A DNA stretch of 40,279 bases from Polyangiaceae bacterium (GCA_044225865.1 JBGAID010000021.1:1-40279); one strand, 5' to 3'; shown: positions 17,726-26,938, counted from the first letter of the stretch. Notes: generated from the sequence alone by a model not told the origin. Translations and numbers: made by a program.

Positions 17726-18067
17726 ATGCGCGTGCAACTAGACCCGTTCCAAGTCTTGGCCGACCCGACCCGCCGGCTCATCGTCGAGACGCTGGGGGCC
17801 GGGGAGGCCCAAGTGAATCAGCTCGTCGATCGATTGCCGATTCACCAGTCGGGCGTCTCGCGCCACCTCCGAATCCTGCACGAAGCAGGCTTCGTTCGGA
17901 TGCGCGCCGATGGGCAGAGGCGCCTCTACTCCCTCCGTCCGGAGCCCCTCAAAGAGATCGAAGAATGGGTCTCTCGCTATCGCAGCCTCTGGGAGGGGCG
18001 CCTCGACCGCCTCGACAGCGCCCTCGAGCGCCGCCGCAAATCCAAGTCCAAAGGGAGTCATTCGTGA
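17726..18067 (+). CDS. ArsR/SmtB family transcriptional regulator.
   Basis: FQVLADPTRRLIVETLGAGEAQVNQLVDRLPIHQSGVSRHLRILHEAGFV. Confidence 0.8.
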   Translation: MRVQLDPFQVLADPTRRLIVETLGAGEAQVNQLVDRLPIHQSGVSRHLRILHEAGFVRMRADGQRRLYSLRPEPLKEIEEWVSRYRSLWEGRLDRLDSALERRRKSKSKGSHS

Positions 18068-18561
18068 AGAAAGAGCACATCACGATGGAGCGCTCGCTCT
18101 CCGCGACGCTCGACGAAGTGTGGGAATTGTGGACCACGAAGGACGGGATCGAGTCGTGGTGGGGGCCCCACGGCTTCCGGGTCGAGGTCCGCGTCCTCGA
18201 CGTGCGGCCGGGCGGGACGATGCTCTATGACATGATCGCGGACACCCCCGAGACGCGGACGTACATGAAAGAGGCGGGGATGCCGGGCCGGCACGAGGCC
18301 CGAATCACCTTTCGCGAGGTCCGCCCGCGGGAGCGCCTCGCCTACACGCACCTGGCCGACTTCATCCCCGGGGTCGCCGCCTACGACGTCGAGACGGTCG
18401 TCACCTTCGCTTCCGTCGGGCCCAAGGTGCGCTTGGTCCTCGAGTTCGACCGGATGCACGACGAGCCGTGGACGAGGAGAGCCACCGAAGGCTGGACGAT
18501 GGAGCTCGCCAAGCTGGAAGCAAGACTGAGTGTGATGATTCACGAGAGGAAAGACGCATGA
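18064..18561 (+). CDS. SRPBCC (AHSA1-like) family protein. The GTG start overlaps the ArsR stop (GTGA).
   Basis: WELWTTKDGIESWWGP ... paralogue of the 13178-13699 product. Confidence 0.65.
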   Translation: MKKEHITMERSLSATLDEVWELWTTKDGIESWWGPHGFRVEVRVLDVRPGGTMLYDMIADTPETRTYMKEAGMPGRHEARITFREVRPRERLAYTHLADFIPGVAAYDVETVVTFASVGPKVRLVLEFDRMHDEPWTRRATEGWTMELAKLEARLSVMIHERKDA

Positions 18562-19022
18562 CGACCAAGGCATCCCCCTTCTTGATGTTCAATGACCAGC
18601 TCGAGCGCGCGATCGAGCTTTACACCTCCATTTTCCCCGACACGCGGCTGCTCTCTGCCTCCCGAAACGGCGAGGGCGGGCCGATGACGGCGGCGGAGCT
18701 CGTGATCGGGGGGCAACGATTCATGGCCTACAATGGAGGTCCCCACTTCAAATTCTCGGACGCGTTCTCGATCTTCGTCAGCTGTGAGGACCAAGCCGAG
18801 GTCGATCGATATTGGGACGCGCTCGTGAAGGCGGGCGCCAAGCCGGTTCAGTGCGGATGGATCACGGATCCGTTCGGGCTCTCTTTTCAGATCGTGCCCA
18901 AGCGCTTCATGGAGCTCGTCGCCGACCCGAGCCCGGCCAAATCGCGCGCCGTCGTCGCCGCGATGATGAAGATGGTGAAGCTGGACATCGCCGCCCTCGA
19001 GCGGGCCCACGCCGAGGCCTGA
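18558..19022 (+). CDS. PhnB-like VOC-superfamily protein (3-demethylubiquinone-9 3-methyltransferase-like, PF06983-type). The ATG overlaps the upstream stop.
   Basis: KASPFLMFNDQLERAIELYTSIF ... FMAYNGGPHFKFSDAFSIFVSCEDQAEVDRYW ... QCGWITDPFGLSFQIVP. Confidence 0.75.
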   Translation: MTTKASPFLMFNDQLERAIELYTSIFPDTRLLSASRNGEGGPMTAAELVIGGQRFMAYNGGPHFKFSDAFSIFVSCEDQAEVDRYWDALVKAGAKPVQCGWITDPFGLSFQIVPKRFMELVADPSPAKSRAVVAAMMKMVKLDIAALERAHAEA

Positions 19023-19864
19023 TGCTCGCCCCCGAGAACACCGCCGCTCGCGTGGCCCTGTGGCGCGCCCTCCACGTCCAAACCGACGCGCCACCCCACG
19101 TGCTGGAGGACGAGGTCGGGCTGAAGCTCGTCGCTCCCGAGCCCGACTGGCAGAAGCGCCCCGACATGAGCCCTTTCACCAGGCCGTTCCGGGCGTCCAT
19201 CGTCGCGCGCGCCCGCTACGTCGAGGACGTGGTGGAAGCGAAGGTCGCGCAGGGCTTCGACCAATACGTGATCCTCGGGGCGGGGCTCGACACATTCGCC
19301 CAGCGTCGCCCGGAGCTCGCCTCGCGCATCGTCGTCTTCGAAGTGGACCAGCCCGGACCGCAGCGGTGGAAAGCGCAGAGACTGATGGAGCTGGGCTTCG
19401 GCGTGTCGTCCTTTCTCAGGCTCGTACCGGTGGACTTCGAACAGGGCGACGACTGGATGGGGCGCCTCTTGGAGGCGGGGCTCTCTCGCGAACGGCCCGC
19501 GATCGTAGCGTCGACCGGCGTCAGCATGTACCTGACCCGGGCCGCGATCGAGGCCACCCTCCGCGAGGTCGCGGCCCTCGCCCGCGGTACGACGCTCGTA
19601 ATGTCATTCATGCTCCCGATCGAGCTCGCCGAGGCCGCTGTTCGGCCCGGCATCGAGGCGGCCGCCCGGGGCGCCCGCGCGAACGGAACGCCATTCGTGA
19701 GCTTCTTCACCCCCGCGGAGATGCTCGCCATTGCGCGCGAAGCCGGCTTTGCGAGGGTCGAGCACGTATCCGCGGCCGCCCTCACGGAGCGCTACTTTTC
19801 GGGCCGCTCCGATGGGCTGCGTCCGCCCCTCGACTCAGAGGAGCTCCTCGTCGCAGAAGCCTGA
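19022..19864 (+). CDS. Class I SAM-dependent methyltransferase, LCM/TIGR00027-like family. Its start overlaps the upstream stop by 1 nt.
   Basis: VILGAGLDTFAQRR motif and overall LCM-family layout. Confidence 0.65.
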   Translation: MLAPENTAARVALWRALHVQTDAPPHVLEDEVGLKLVAPEPDWQKRPDMSPFTRPFRASIVARARYVEDVVEAKVAQGFDQYVILGAGLDTFAQRRPELASRIVVFEVDQPGPQRWKAQRLMELGFGVSSFLRLVPVDFEQGDDWMGRLLEAGLSRERPAIVASTGVSMYLTRAAIEATLREVAALARGTTLVMSFMLPIELAEAAVRPGIEAAARGARANGTPFVSFFTPAEMLAIAREAGFARVEHVSAAALTERYFSGRSDGLRPPLDSEELLVAEA

Positions 19865-20058
19865 GGGCGGACAAATCTGAGGAGCGGAGCGACGAGGCCG
19901 TGTGGATCGGGCGCGAGATCGCGCGAGTGCGCCGGCTTTCAAACATGATCGGTGCTCTGGTAGCAGGGTCTCGGGCGCTGATTTATTCTCGAGCCGCGGG
20001 AGGCGATGTCTTGGAAGAAACGGTCTACGAGCTCACGCCGCGAGGCGTGCGGAGATTC

Positions 20059-20661
20059 ATGGTGTTCCTCGTGATCGCGGCCGTCGGTGGGGTCGCCCTC
20101 ATCGGGCTCACCGTCGCGGGAGACGTGCTCGCGGGCTATGGTTGGGCGACGAAGGACGGGGCGCCGCTCGATCTCACCCACGCCCTCGACGCGGCGCCGC
20201 GCGTCACCAAGGCGGAGGAGGACCTCGCGATCGATGTCCCGGAGGGTCGCGGGGCTTTGGTGGTGCTTGTCGGAAAAAACCTGATTGGCCACGACACCAC
20301 CACCGCGAGCTGCTCGGCCCGGGACGGGGCCGGTCGCCCCATCACGATGCTGTCCCAGCCTTCGATTGCGACCCAGGTGACGACGGGTGAAGGCCACCTC
20401 GTAGGCAACGACGAGCAGATCGTGGTCGACGCGGGGGTGAGGCCGGGGCCGCTCCGCAAGGTCATCTTCCGCTGCTCGATGCTCGACTCCGGGATCCGCT
20501 CCATCTCCGCCGTGACCACGGAGGACGTCCGCTTCCCCGAGGAGAAGCCTTGGCTGCGTCCGGCCAAGCTCGCCGGGTGGGGCTCGTTGGGGATTGGTAT
20601 CCTGGGCATGTTCGTGGCCGTCCTCACCGGGCGCCGACGCGTCATCGCGCCTTCAGCCTGA
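20059..20661 (+). CDS. Hypothetical membrane protein with TM helices at both termini and a ~150-aa periplasmic core. ATG 19945 is an alternative start but has poor codon bias.
   Basis: Hydrophobic N- and C-terminal segments. GC3-rich codons begin only after 20059. Confidence 0.4.
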   Translation: MVFLVIAAVGGVALIGLTVAGDVLAGYGWATKDGAPLDLTHALDAAPRVTKAEEDLAIDVPEGRGALVVLVGKNLIGHDTTTASCSARDGAGRPITMLSQPSIATQVTTGEGHLVGNDEQIVVDAGVRPGPLRKVIFRCSMLDSGIRSISAVTTEDVRFPEEKPWLRPAKLAGWGSLGIGILGMFVAVLTGRRRVIAPSA

Positions 20662-20886
20662 GCTCTTCATCTCTACGGCGCGCGCGACCGCGTGCACGAT
20701 GATGGCGACCGACGCACCCTCCGTCTCGTCTCGGGCCGCGACGACGTCCCCGATGACCCGGCCCTCCATGCGTACGAAGAGGGGTAACGCCTTGGACGCG
20801 CGCGCCGGGACATAGATCGGGATCGCAGCCGCGGCCCCTTTGGGGAGGACGGTGGGACTGATCTGCTCTTTGAAGCGGCCCGACTC

Positions 20887-21654
20887 TCAAGCGCTCCCGA
20901 TGAACGAGATGGAGCGCACGGAGGGCCCCAGGTCGTCGTCCAGACAATAGGCGCCCTCGAGGCCCGCCCGATTGGAGCCTGCCTCGGAATGAAGGTCGTG
21001 CCAGAAGCGCGCGGCCTGCCATATCCACTCCGGGCACGAAGCCCCATTGGGGACGATGGGGGTAAGAGCGACCCCGGCGGCCCCGATCACGGTCTCGGCG
21101 AAGACGGCGGCCGGCAAACCGGCGCCTTCATCCAACGGGGTCGGAGATTTTTCGGACCCCCAAGCGAAGGCGAGCCACGTGACCGCGAGCGTCGTCAGGT
21201 CCCGGCCGAGGCTCCCCGTCCGAAAGTCTCCGATCGCGCTGGCCACGTCGCGGCTCTCGACGTCCGGATAGATGACCGCGACGTTGGGCCAGCTCAAGCG
21301 ATCCGCGAAAGCCCCCGCAGGCACGACCTCGACGCCGCGTTCGGGGTGAGGCGCGGCCGAGCCAGAGAGGGGACCCATCTCCACGTGGTGGAGGACGCTC
21401 TCGTAGGTCAGCTCTCCCTCGTCGGCCATGATTGCCACGTGGGACCAATGGCTCGGCGCCATTCCGCCCCGCCCGTGCGCTTGCGCGCACCGGACCCGGA
21501 GCGCGCCTCGACTGCTACCTCCCAGGAGGATGACGCGCGGGCCTCGAAAGCCGCCGGCTCGGAGCCAGCCGACATTGTCGGCTCCCTCGAGGCGTGGTGA
21601 AGGCTGGAAGTATGGATTCTCGCGCGTGGCGCGGGCGCGGACGATCTGTGACAT
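20887..21654 (-). CDS. Hypothetical protein, possibly a permuted papain-fold (LRAT/YiiX-like) hydrolase. Co-directional with and downstream of the Ser/Thr kinase.
   Basis: Balanced, protein-like composition. SHWSHVAIMADEG (His-box-like) precedes GASCPEWIW (an NCEHF-like Cys box). Functional assignment is speculative. Confidence 0.4.
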   Translation of the reverse strand: MSQIVRARATRENPYFQPSPRLEGADNVGWLRAGGFRGPRVILLGGSSRGALRVRCAQAHGRGGMAPSHWSHVAIMADEGELTYESVLHHVEMGPLSGSAAPHPERGVEVVPAGAFADRLSWPNVAVIYPDVESRDVASAIGDFRTGSLGRDLTTLAVTWLAFAWGSEKSPTPLDEGAGLPAAVFAETVIGAAGVALTPIVPNGASCPEWIWQAARFWHDLHSEAGSNRAGLEGAYCLDDDLGPSVRSISFIGSA

Positions 21655-21870
21655 GACCGGTCACCGCTCGAGATCGAGGGCGTCCGCCCGCACCGAGATC
21701 CCCCACCCGGCCCATTCGAATTGCTTGGAGCTCACAGTTGCCTCCCCCCGACCCCGTCGACCGCCCGGAGCCTCTCAGGTTAGAAACGCGAGGCACCGCG
21801 TGTCCAGGCCCAACCACGCGACGGAGGCCTTGGCGGTGGGTGCCCACCGCAGCGTGCCCACCGCAACGGG

Positions 21871-23196
21871 TCATGGGGAGCGTGAGAGCGAGGTCACGAT
21901 CCGGTCGCCGAACAGCATCCAGGCGACAAGCAGCAGCGCCACGACGAGCGGCGAAAGGAGGAGGAGCACCGTCATCGGGCGGAGCCGCGACGGCGAGGGA
22001 GACGGGGCCGGACTGGCATGCGCCGTCCCCGACCGACGAAACGCCGGGAGCGAGCCCATCGCTCCCCGCGCCGTCGGCTGGTGAGGCCGCGTCGCCTGCT
22101 CCATCGTGACCGACTCCACGCTCGGTACGGAAGCGCGCCATCGCGGGGGCGGGGGGGCGGCGGGCGCTTCGACCTCGGCGGCCGGCGCCTCGAGCGTTCC
22201 CGCCTCGGACCCTTCGAAGCTGCCGATCTCGATCGGATCGAACTCCCAGGCCCCATGCGCCGAAGGGGATCTCGTCCGCTCTGCCGCCGTGTCGTCCGGG
22301 AGCGGGAACGCGGCCGCGAACGAGCGCGTCATGTCGTCGATGGTTTGGAATCGGCGCGTGCGGTCTTTCGCGAGCGCCTGCTCGAAGAAGGCGTCGGCGG
22401 ACGCGGGCAGGGATGCATTCACGGCCGTCGGCGGGCGCGGATCGGTGCCACGAATGGCGATGATCGCGGCCGCGAGACGTCCCGGGAATGGCAGCTCACC
22501 GGTGAGGGCGCGATAGAGCACCACCGCGAGCGACCAAAGATCGGCGCGGGCGTCCAAGTCGGGGCCGCAGTCGATGTGCTCGGGGCTCATGTATGAGGCG
22601 GACCCGAGCACCATCCCGGGGCGGGTGAGGTTCGCTCGATCCCAGCCGTCCTTCGCGATCCCGAAATCGAGGAGCTTCACCGTCTCGTCGAGGTCCCGAA
22701 TGGAGCGCGTCCCGGATGCCTTCGGCTTGTGGCGCTCGAAGAAGATGTTCCCCGGCTTGAGGTCGCGGTGAACGATCTGGAGCGCGTGAGCGAGGCGCAG
22801 GCCCTCCGCCACGCCCGCGAGCAGGCCGCGGCACTCCACTGGGTCCAATCGCTTTCGACGGCGCAGCCGGTCGTGCAGCGTCTCGCCCTCGAGCAGGCCC
22901 ATCGCGATGAACGCGGAGGTGCCGGTGAGCCCGTGGTCGAAGACCTCCACGAAAGGCCGGCCGCGGAGCTGTCGGCTCAGCATTGCTTCGCGTTCGAAGC
23001 GGGCCTTCGCGCGCACCGGATCTTCGCAGTCGAGCGAGATGATCTTGAGGGCGACGCGCTCGCGACGGACGCGGTCGAACGCGGCCCAGACCTCGCTCAT
23101 CCCGCCGCGCCCGATCCGATCTTCGAGCTCATACCTGCCGGCGAACGCCTCCTTCTCCGGCGTCGGCGTCGGGATGGATGGAATCGACGGTCGCAT
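21871..23196 (-). CDS. Ser/Thr protein kinase, tail-anchored: a Pro/Ala-rich linker and a single C-terminal TM helix.
   Basis: IGRGGMSEVW, HRDLKPGNIFF, DFGIAKD, and a C-terminal MTVLLLLSPLVVALLLVAWMLF. Start chosen at the Met before RYELEDRIGRGG. Confidence 0.85.
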   Translation of the reverse strand: MRPSIPSIPTPTPEKEAFAGRYELEDRIGRGGMSEVWAAFDRVRRERVALKIISLDCEDPVRAKARFEREAMLSRQLRGRPFVEVFDHGLTGTSAFIAMGLLEGETLHDRLRRRKRLDPVECRGLLAGVAEGLRLAHALQIVHRDLKPGNIFFERHKPKASGTRSIRDLDETVKLLDFGIAKDGWDRANLTRPGMVLGSASYMSPEHIDCGPDLDARADLWSLAVVLYRALTGELPFPGRLAAAIIAIRGTDPRPPTAVNASLPASADAFFEQALAKDRTRRFQTIDDMTRSFAAAFPLPDDTAAERTRSPSAHGAWEFDPIEIGSFEGSEAGTLEAPAAEVEAPAAPPPPRWRASVPSVESVTMEQATRPHQPTARGAMGSLPAFRRSGTAHASPAPSPSPSRLRPMTVLLLLSPLVVALLLVAWMLFGDRIVTSLSRSP

Positions 23197-23376
23197 CGAG
23201 ACGAGCGTGCTCGGCGCCTCTCGCGCGCTGCGGCGCGGCCGAGCCAGCCGCTCTTTGGCGACGTGAGAGTACTGCGTCGATTGGGACGCGCCTTTGTGCT
23301 TCGGCCGCATCACGCATTCGAAGCCTATCGGAGGAGGACGATGATTCCGATGAGTCGTCGAGGCCGCACCTCCGAC

Positions 23377-23793
23377 TCACCCTGTCGAACGTCGAGTCGG
23401 CAAGGGTGAGCCCGTCGAGAACAGGAGCCTCCGCCTCACATAGAAGGTGAACAGCATCACGGCGAATCCCGCCGCGGTTTTTCCAATCGCATAGTGAAGT
23501 CCCGCCGTGGCTGTCATGAGCTCCATGACGAGGGTGTTGACCCCCAGCCCCACGATCCCGACGAGCGCGAAGAGCCCCATCTCGATGGCCCTCTCGCGCG
23601 CGAGGCGGCGTCGCGAAAAGACCCACCGAACGGCGCCCGCGTAGTCGATGGCGAGCGCGACCGCGTATCCGATGACCGAAGCCGAGACGGGGTCGACGCC
23701 GCGCCACTCCACGAGCACGGCGATGATCGCCAGATCGAGCCCGAACGAGGCCGTGCCGACGATGGCATATCGGGCGAGCTCCTTGAGCCACAC
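23377..23793 (-). CDS. GtrA family membrane protein (polysaccharide-synthesis associated).
   Basis: RYAIVGTASFGLDLAIIAVLVEW ... about 4 TM helices in ~130 aa. Confidence 0.7.
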   Translation of the reverse strand: MWLKELARYAIVGTASFGLDLAIIAVLVEWRGVDPVSASVIGYAVALAIDYAGAVRWVFSRRRLARERAIEMGLFALVGIVGLGVNTLVMELMTATAGLHYAIGKTAAGFAVMLFTFYVRRRLLFSTGSPLPTRRSTG

Positions 23794-23892
23794 CCGATCC
23801 GTCAGAGCAGCTCACGTGCCACTTCGTCGCTCGACAACGCCCATCGACGACAGCGTCAGGCTGGCGAGCGGCGTGCCGTCGCTCGCGCCATC

Positions 23893-24699
23893 ATGGATTC
23901 GCTCGCCGTGTTGCCGCGCCGCTTTCGGCAAGCGCGCCTCGACCTCAACCTGCTCCGGGAGCCCATCTCGACCGGGCGCCGCTCCGCCCGCGCCGTGGAG
24001 ATCGTTCAGATCGATATCGCGCGAGCCCGCGGCGCGGAGACGTTCCGTCTCTTCCCCGGTGCGTCCGAGAACCGCATCGAGGTCCTCGGCACCGACCCGA
24101 CACGACGCCAGTTGGTGCTCTTCGTCGAGGAAGCGCGGCGGCGGTTCGAAACGACGGTGAGCCGCGCCGCCACGCTGCCGGCCGGGTCGCGGGTCGTCTC
24201 CGAGACGAAGTACAGCCGGGTCGTCGAGCAGTTCACCAACGCCGAGAAGCGCCATTTCCTTTGCGGCATGGACGAGCAACACCTCTTCATCGCCCAGCTC
24301 CCTCACGGCGCGTCTTCCGTCCACGCCGCTCGCGAGTCGCTCCGAGCTCCCGAGGTGCCGCCCTCTTTCGCCGACCGGCGGAGCGGCATCGTCCGCCAGG
24401 GCGAGTGGTTCTTCCTGCCGACGAAGGAGCGCGAGGAGCGCGAGCTCACGACCGCGCTTCGCAAGGGCGACGTCATGCGGTCGATCGGCATCGCCCAAGC
24501 CGCTCGCATCGCGCGCGCCGGCCGTCCGCACGTCGCGGACGAGGTGGTCGTTCTGTTCGGTGAGCCCTCGCCCCGCATCTTCGTGCGCGGGGAGATCCGG
24601 CATCCCGATCATCGCACGGTCGTGTTTCGTGACTTCCGTCGTGTCGTCCCGAATCGCGAGCGATCGAGCCAACCGGCGGGCGTCCTCTGGATCGACTGA
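23893..24699 (+). CDS. Hypothetical protein (268 aa), no recognisable family.
   Basis: Protein-like composition. The opposite-strand ORF is Arg/Asp/Gly-rich, i.e. off-frame. Confidence 0.45.
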   Translation: MDSLAVLPRRFRQARLDLNLLREPISTGRRSARAVEIVQIDIARARGAETFRLFPGASENRIEVLGTDPTRRQLVLFVEEARRRFETTVSRAATLPAGSRVVSETKYSRVVEQFTNAEKRHFLCGMDEQHLFIAQLPHGASSVHAARESLRAPEVPPSFADRRSGIVRQGEWFFLPTKEREERELTTALRKGDVMRSIGIAQAARIARAGRPHVADEVVVLFGEPSPRIFVRGEIRHPDHRTVVFRDFRRVVPNRERSSQPAGVLWID

Positions 24700-24703
24700 C
24701 GGG

Positions 24704-25699
24704 TCACGCTTCGTCGAGTCCGAAGACGCGGGCGACGGCCTCGTAGGAGGCGAGGCGCTCCGCCGGATCGGGGACCATCGTCGCGATCATCAGCTCGTCT
24801 GCGCCCGTCTTCTCCACCAGCGCCTCGAGCCCGGCCTTGACGCGGCTCGGATCGCCCACCACTGCCCCTTCGCTGAATCGGCTCGCCGCCATCTCATCCA
24901 TGGTGTCGAAGACAGCGGCGGCCGCCTCCTCCACCGAGGGGAAGGGCTTTCGCTCTCCGCGGGCGAGGCGCGCCACCGCGAGCTTCACGCACCTCGCGAG
25001 CTCGCTCGCCCGCGCATCCGTCGGCGCGCAAATCACCCCGACCCCCATCATGACCCGCGGCTCCTTCAATGTCGCGGAGGGCCGGAAGAGCTTGCGATAC
25101 GTGGCGAGGGCGGCGTCCGCCTCCGCCATGCTGAAGTGGCCGGCGAACGAGAACCCAACCCCGAGCTCGGCCGCGATCTTCGCCCCCGCGGACGTCGAGC
25201 CGAGCATCCAGATCGGAGGCAGGGGAGCGTCGCTCGGCTGCGCCTCGATCGACGCGAACGGATGCCCCGAGGGGAAGTCGCGCCCCGCGAAGGCGACGAG
25301 CTCCGCGATGCGCTCGATGGACTCGCTGCTCGCGTGCCGCAGCGCGGCCGAGGTCACCCGGTCCGTACCGGGCGCGCGGCCGATGCCCAAGTCGATTCGC
25401 CCGGGGTAGAGCGCCTCGAGGGTGCGGAAGATCTCCACCACCCGCAGGGGGGTGTGATTGGGGATCATGATGCCGCCCGCGCCCACCCGGATGCGCCTCG
25501 TCATCCCCGCCACGTGGCCGATCATTACCTCGGGCGCGGAGCTCGCGATGGATGGCATGTTGTGGTGCTCCGCGATCCAATAGCGCCGGTAGCCGAGCTC
25601 ATCGGCGCGACGGGCGACCGCGAGGGCGTCGTGGATCGCCTGTGACGGCGACCGCGAAGAGGAGACGAGGAAGAGCTCGAGGACCGAGAGGGGGATCAC
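24704..25699 (-). CDS. LLM-class (luciferase-like) flavin-dependent oxidoreductase.
   Basis: YRRYWIAEHHNMPSIASSAPEVMIGHVAGMTRRIRVGAGGIMIPNHTPLRVVE. Confidence 0.85.
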   Translation of the reverse strand: MIPLSVLELFLVSSSRSPSQAIHDALAVARRADELGYRRYWIAEHHNMPSIASSAPEVMIGHVAGMTRRIRVGAGGIMIPNHTPLRVVEIFRTLEALYPGRIDLGIGRAPGTDRVTSAALRHASSESIERIAELVAFAGRDFPSGHPFASIEAQPSDAPLPPIWMLGSTSAGAKIAAELGVGFSFAGHFSMAEADAALATYRKLFRPSATLKEPRVMMGVGVICAPTDARASELARCVKLAVARLARGERKPFPSVEEAAAAVFDTMDEMAASRFSEGAVVGDPSRVKAGLEALVEKTGADELMIATMVPDPAERLASYEAVARVFGLDEA

Positions 25700-25739
25700 G
25701 GGCGGAGTATGCCCCGCGCTGGCCGCGTTGCGAGCCCTC

Positions 25740-26081
25740 TCAGCGACCGAGGATCCGCCCGTAGACGAGGGCGCGACGCACGACCGCCACGTCGAGCCCC
25801 GAATGCGCTGAGATCTCCGAGGGTGAGGGCCTCCGCCCGTGCTCGCCGACGAAGCGACGCGCGGTCACGAGCACCACGCGGAGCTCCTCTCTCGGAGAGG
25901 CGTCCGGATCTCCTTCCACGAAGCAGCCTCGCGCTTCGAGCCCGCCGATCAGAGCGTCGATCGCCTCTGCATCGAGGTCGTGAGGCGCACAGAGCTCCGC
26001 AAAACGGTCGATGGATAGCGTGCGCGCCCCTCCCGCGGCCGCCGCCACTTCATCCAATATCGTCGGGTCGAGGGGCTTCAT
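25740..26081 (-). CDS. Small protein resembling a standalone sigma-70 region 1.1 domain.
   Basis: RTLSIDRFAELCAPHDLDAEAIDALIGGLEARGCFVEGDPDAS parallels RpoD region 1.1 (YLTYAEVNDHLPEDIVDSDQIEDIIQMINDMGIQVMEEAPDAD). Confidence 0.4.
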   Translation of the reverse strand: MKPLDPTILDEVAAAAGGARTLSIDRFAELCAPHDLDAEAIDALIGGLEARGCFVEGDPDASPREELRVVLVTARRFVGEHGRRPSPSEISAHSGLDVAVVRRALVYGRILGR

Positions 26082-26131
26082 CGGGCTCACTTTACCGCAC
26101 CGCGCCGCGCGCGCTTCGGCCCACCACGGAC

Positions 26132-26938
26132 TCATTCGTCCACCCGGTCCGCCTCGATGGTTCCAGGCACGCAAGCGAGCGCCCGCCATGCCCCTCGAAG
26201 CGCCCCCGCGCGGGGGTCGATCACGGCATAGCCACCCTTCATGCACCACGCGAGGAATGGACTGATGTCCTGGTCGATCACGCCTCTGTCGGCGAAGTAG
26301 ACCGTGGTGCCCCGGAGGCTTCCCCGCAATCGGAGAAGACCCCATTGGTCGCCATCGACGGTCGCGACCTCCGACGTTCCCCTGACGAGATCGCCGCGCC
26401 GCGAGAGATCCAGGCGCAGGTCGTACCTCGCATAGGGCCCTCCCGGCTGCCGCAAGACGCCCCTCCAGACGCCCCCGAGGTCGAAGCCCTCGAGCGTGAG
26501 CTCTCGGATCGACACGTCCACGAGGCGACCTCGCGCGTCGAACGTCGCCTCGTCGACGACGTGGGTCGCGAAGGGGCACGCTCCACGGAGATCCAGCGCG
26601 CGGTAGCCACCTCCGCCCCGCGCGAACGTGGTGGCGTCGCCCTCTCTCCGCGCCTCGATGTTCCCGCTCGTCGTGCAGCGGGGGATGACGTCGACTCGAC
26701 ATCCGAGCGCGCTGACGACGACGGGCTCGCCCTCGTCCAGCGCCTCTCGCAGCGCGCGCTGCTCGCGCTTCGGCCAAGCCCCCGCGCGGGGATCCACGAG
26801 GGCGCCCGGCGCGCACCGGTCGTCGTCCCCGGGACGGAAGGTGCGGTCGGGGATCGAGGCAGCGGGCAGGTGAAAGCACCCCGTAAGCGACAGGGCGACG
26901 AGCACGAGGAGGAGGGCGAGGAGGTTCGACCGGATCAT
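26132..26938 (-). CDS. Hypothetical lipoprotein.
   Basis: Signal peptide LLALLLVLVALSLTGC with a lipobox. Confidence 0.5.
   Translation of the reverse strand: MIRSNLLALLLVLVALSLTGCFHLPAASIPDRTFRPGDDDRCAPGALVDPRAGAWPKREQRALREALDEGEPVVVSALGCRVDVIPRCTTSGNIEARREGDATTFARGGGGYRALDLRGACPFATHVVDEATFDARGRLVDVSIRELTLEGFDLGGVWRGVLRQPGGPYARYDLRLDLSRRGDLVRGTSEVATVDGDQWGLLRLRGSLRGTTVYFADRGVIDQDISPFLAWCMKGGYAVIDPRAGALRGAWRALACVPGTIEADRVDE

Noticed and set aside
16909-18060. N-terminal 385 aa of the 550-aa ORF 16909-18561
   Set aside because: Only the last 165 aa (from GTG 18064) are protein-like (SRPBCC). The upstream part runs antisense through the MerR gene and the ArsR gene in another frame.
19060-20058. 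N-terminal part of the 533-aa ORF 19060-20661
   Set aside because: It overlaps the methyltransferase CDS in another frame and is Arg-rich. Only the terminal ~200 aa with TM helices look genuine.
20662-20886. 225-nt convergent gap read as a possible frameshifted C-terminal extension of the 20887-21654 protein
   Set aside because: The two alternative downstream frames give Ser/Arg-rich non-protein-like sequence. The ORF most likely ends at 20887.
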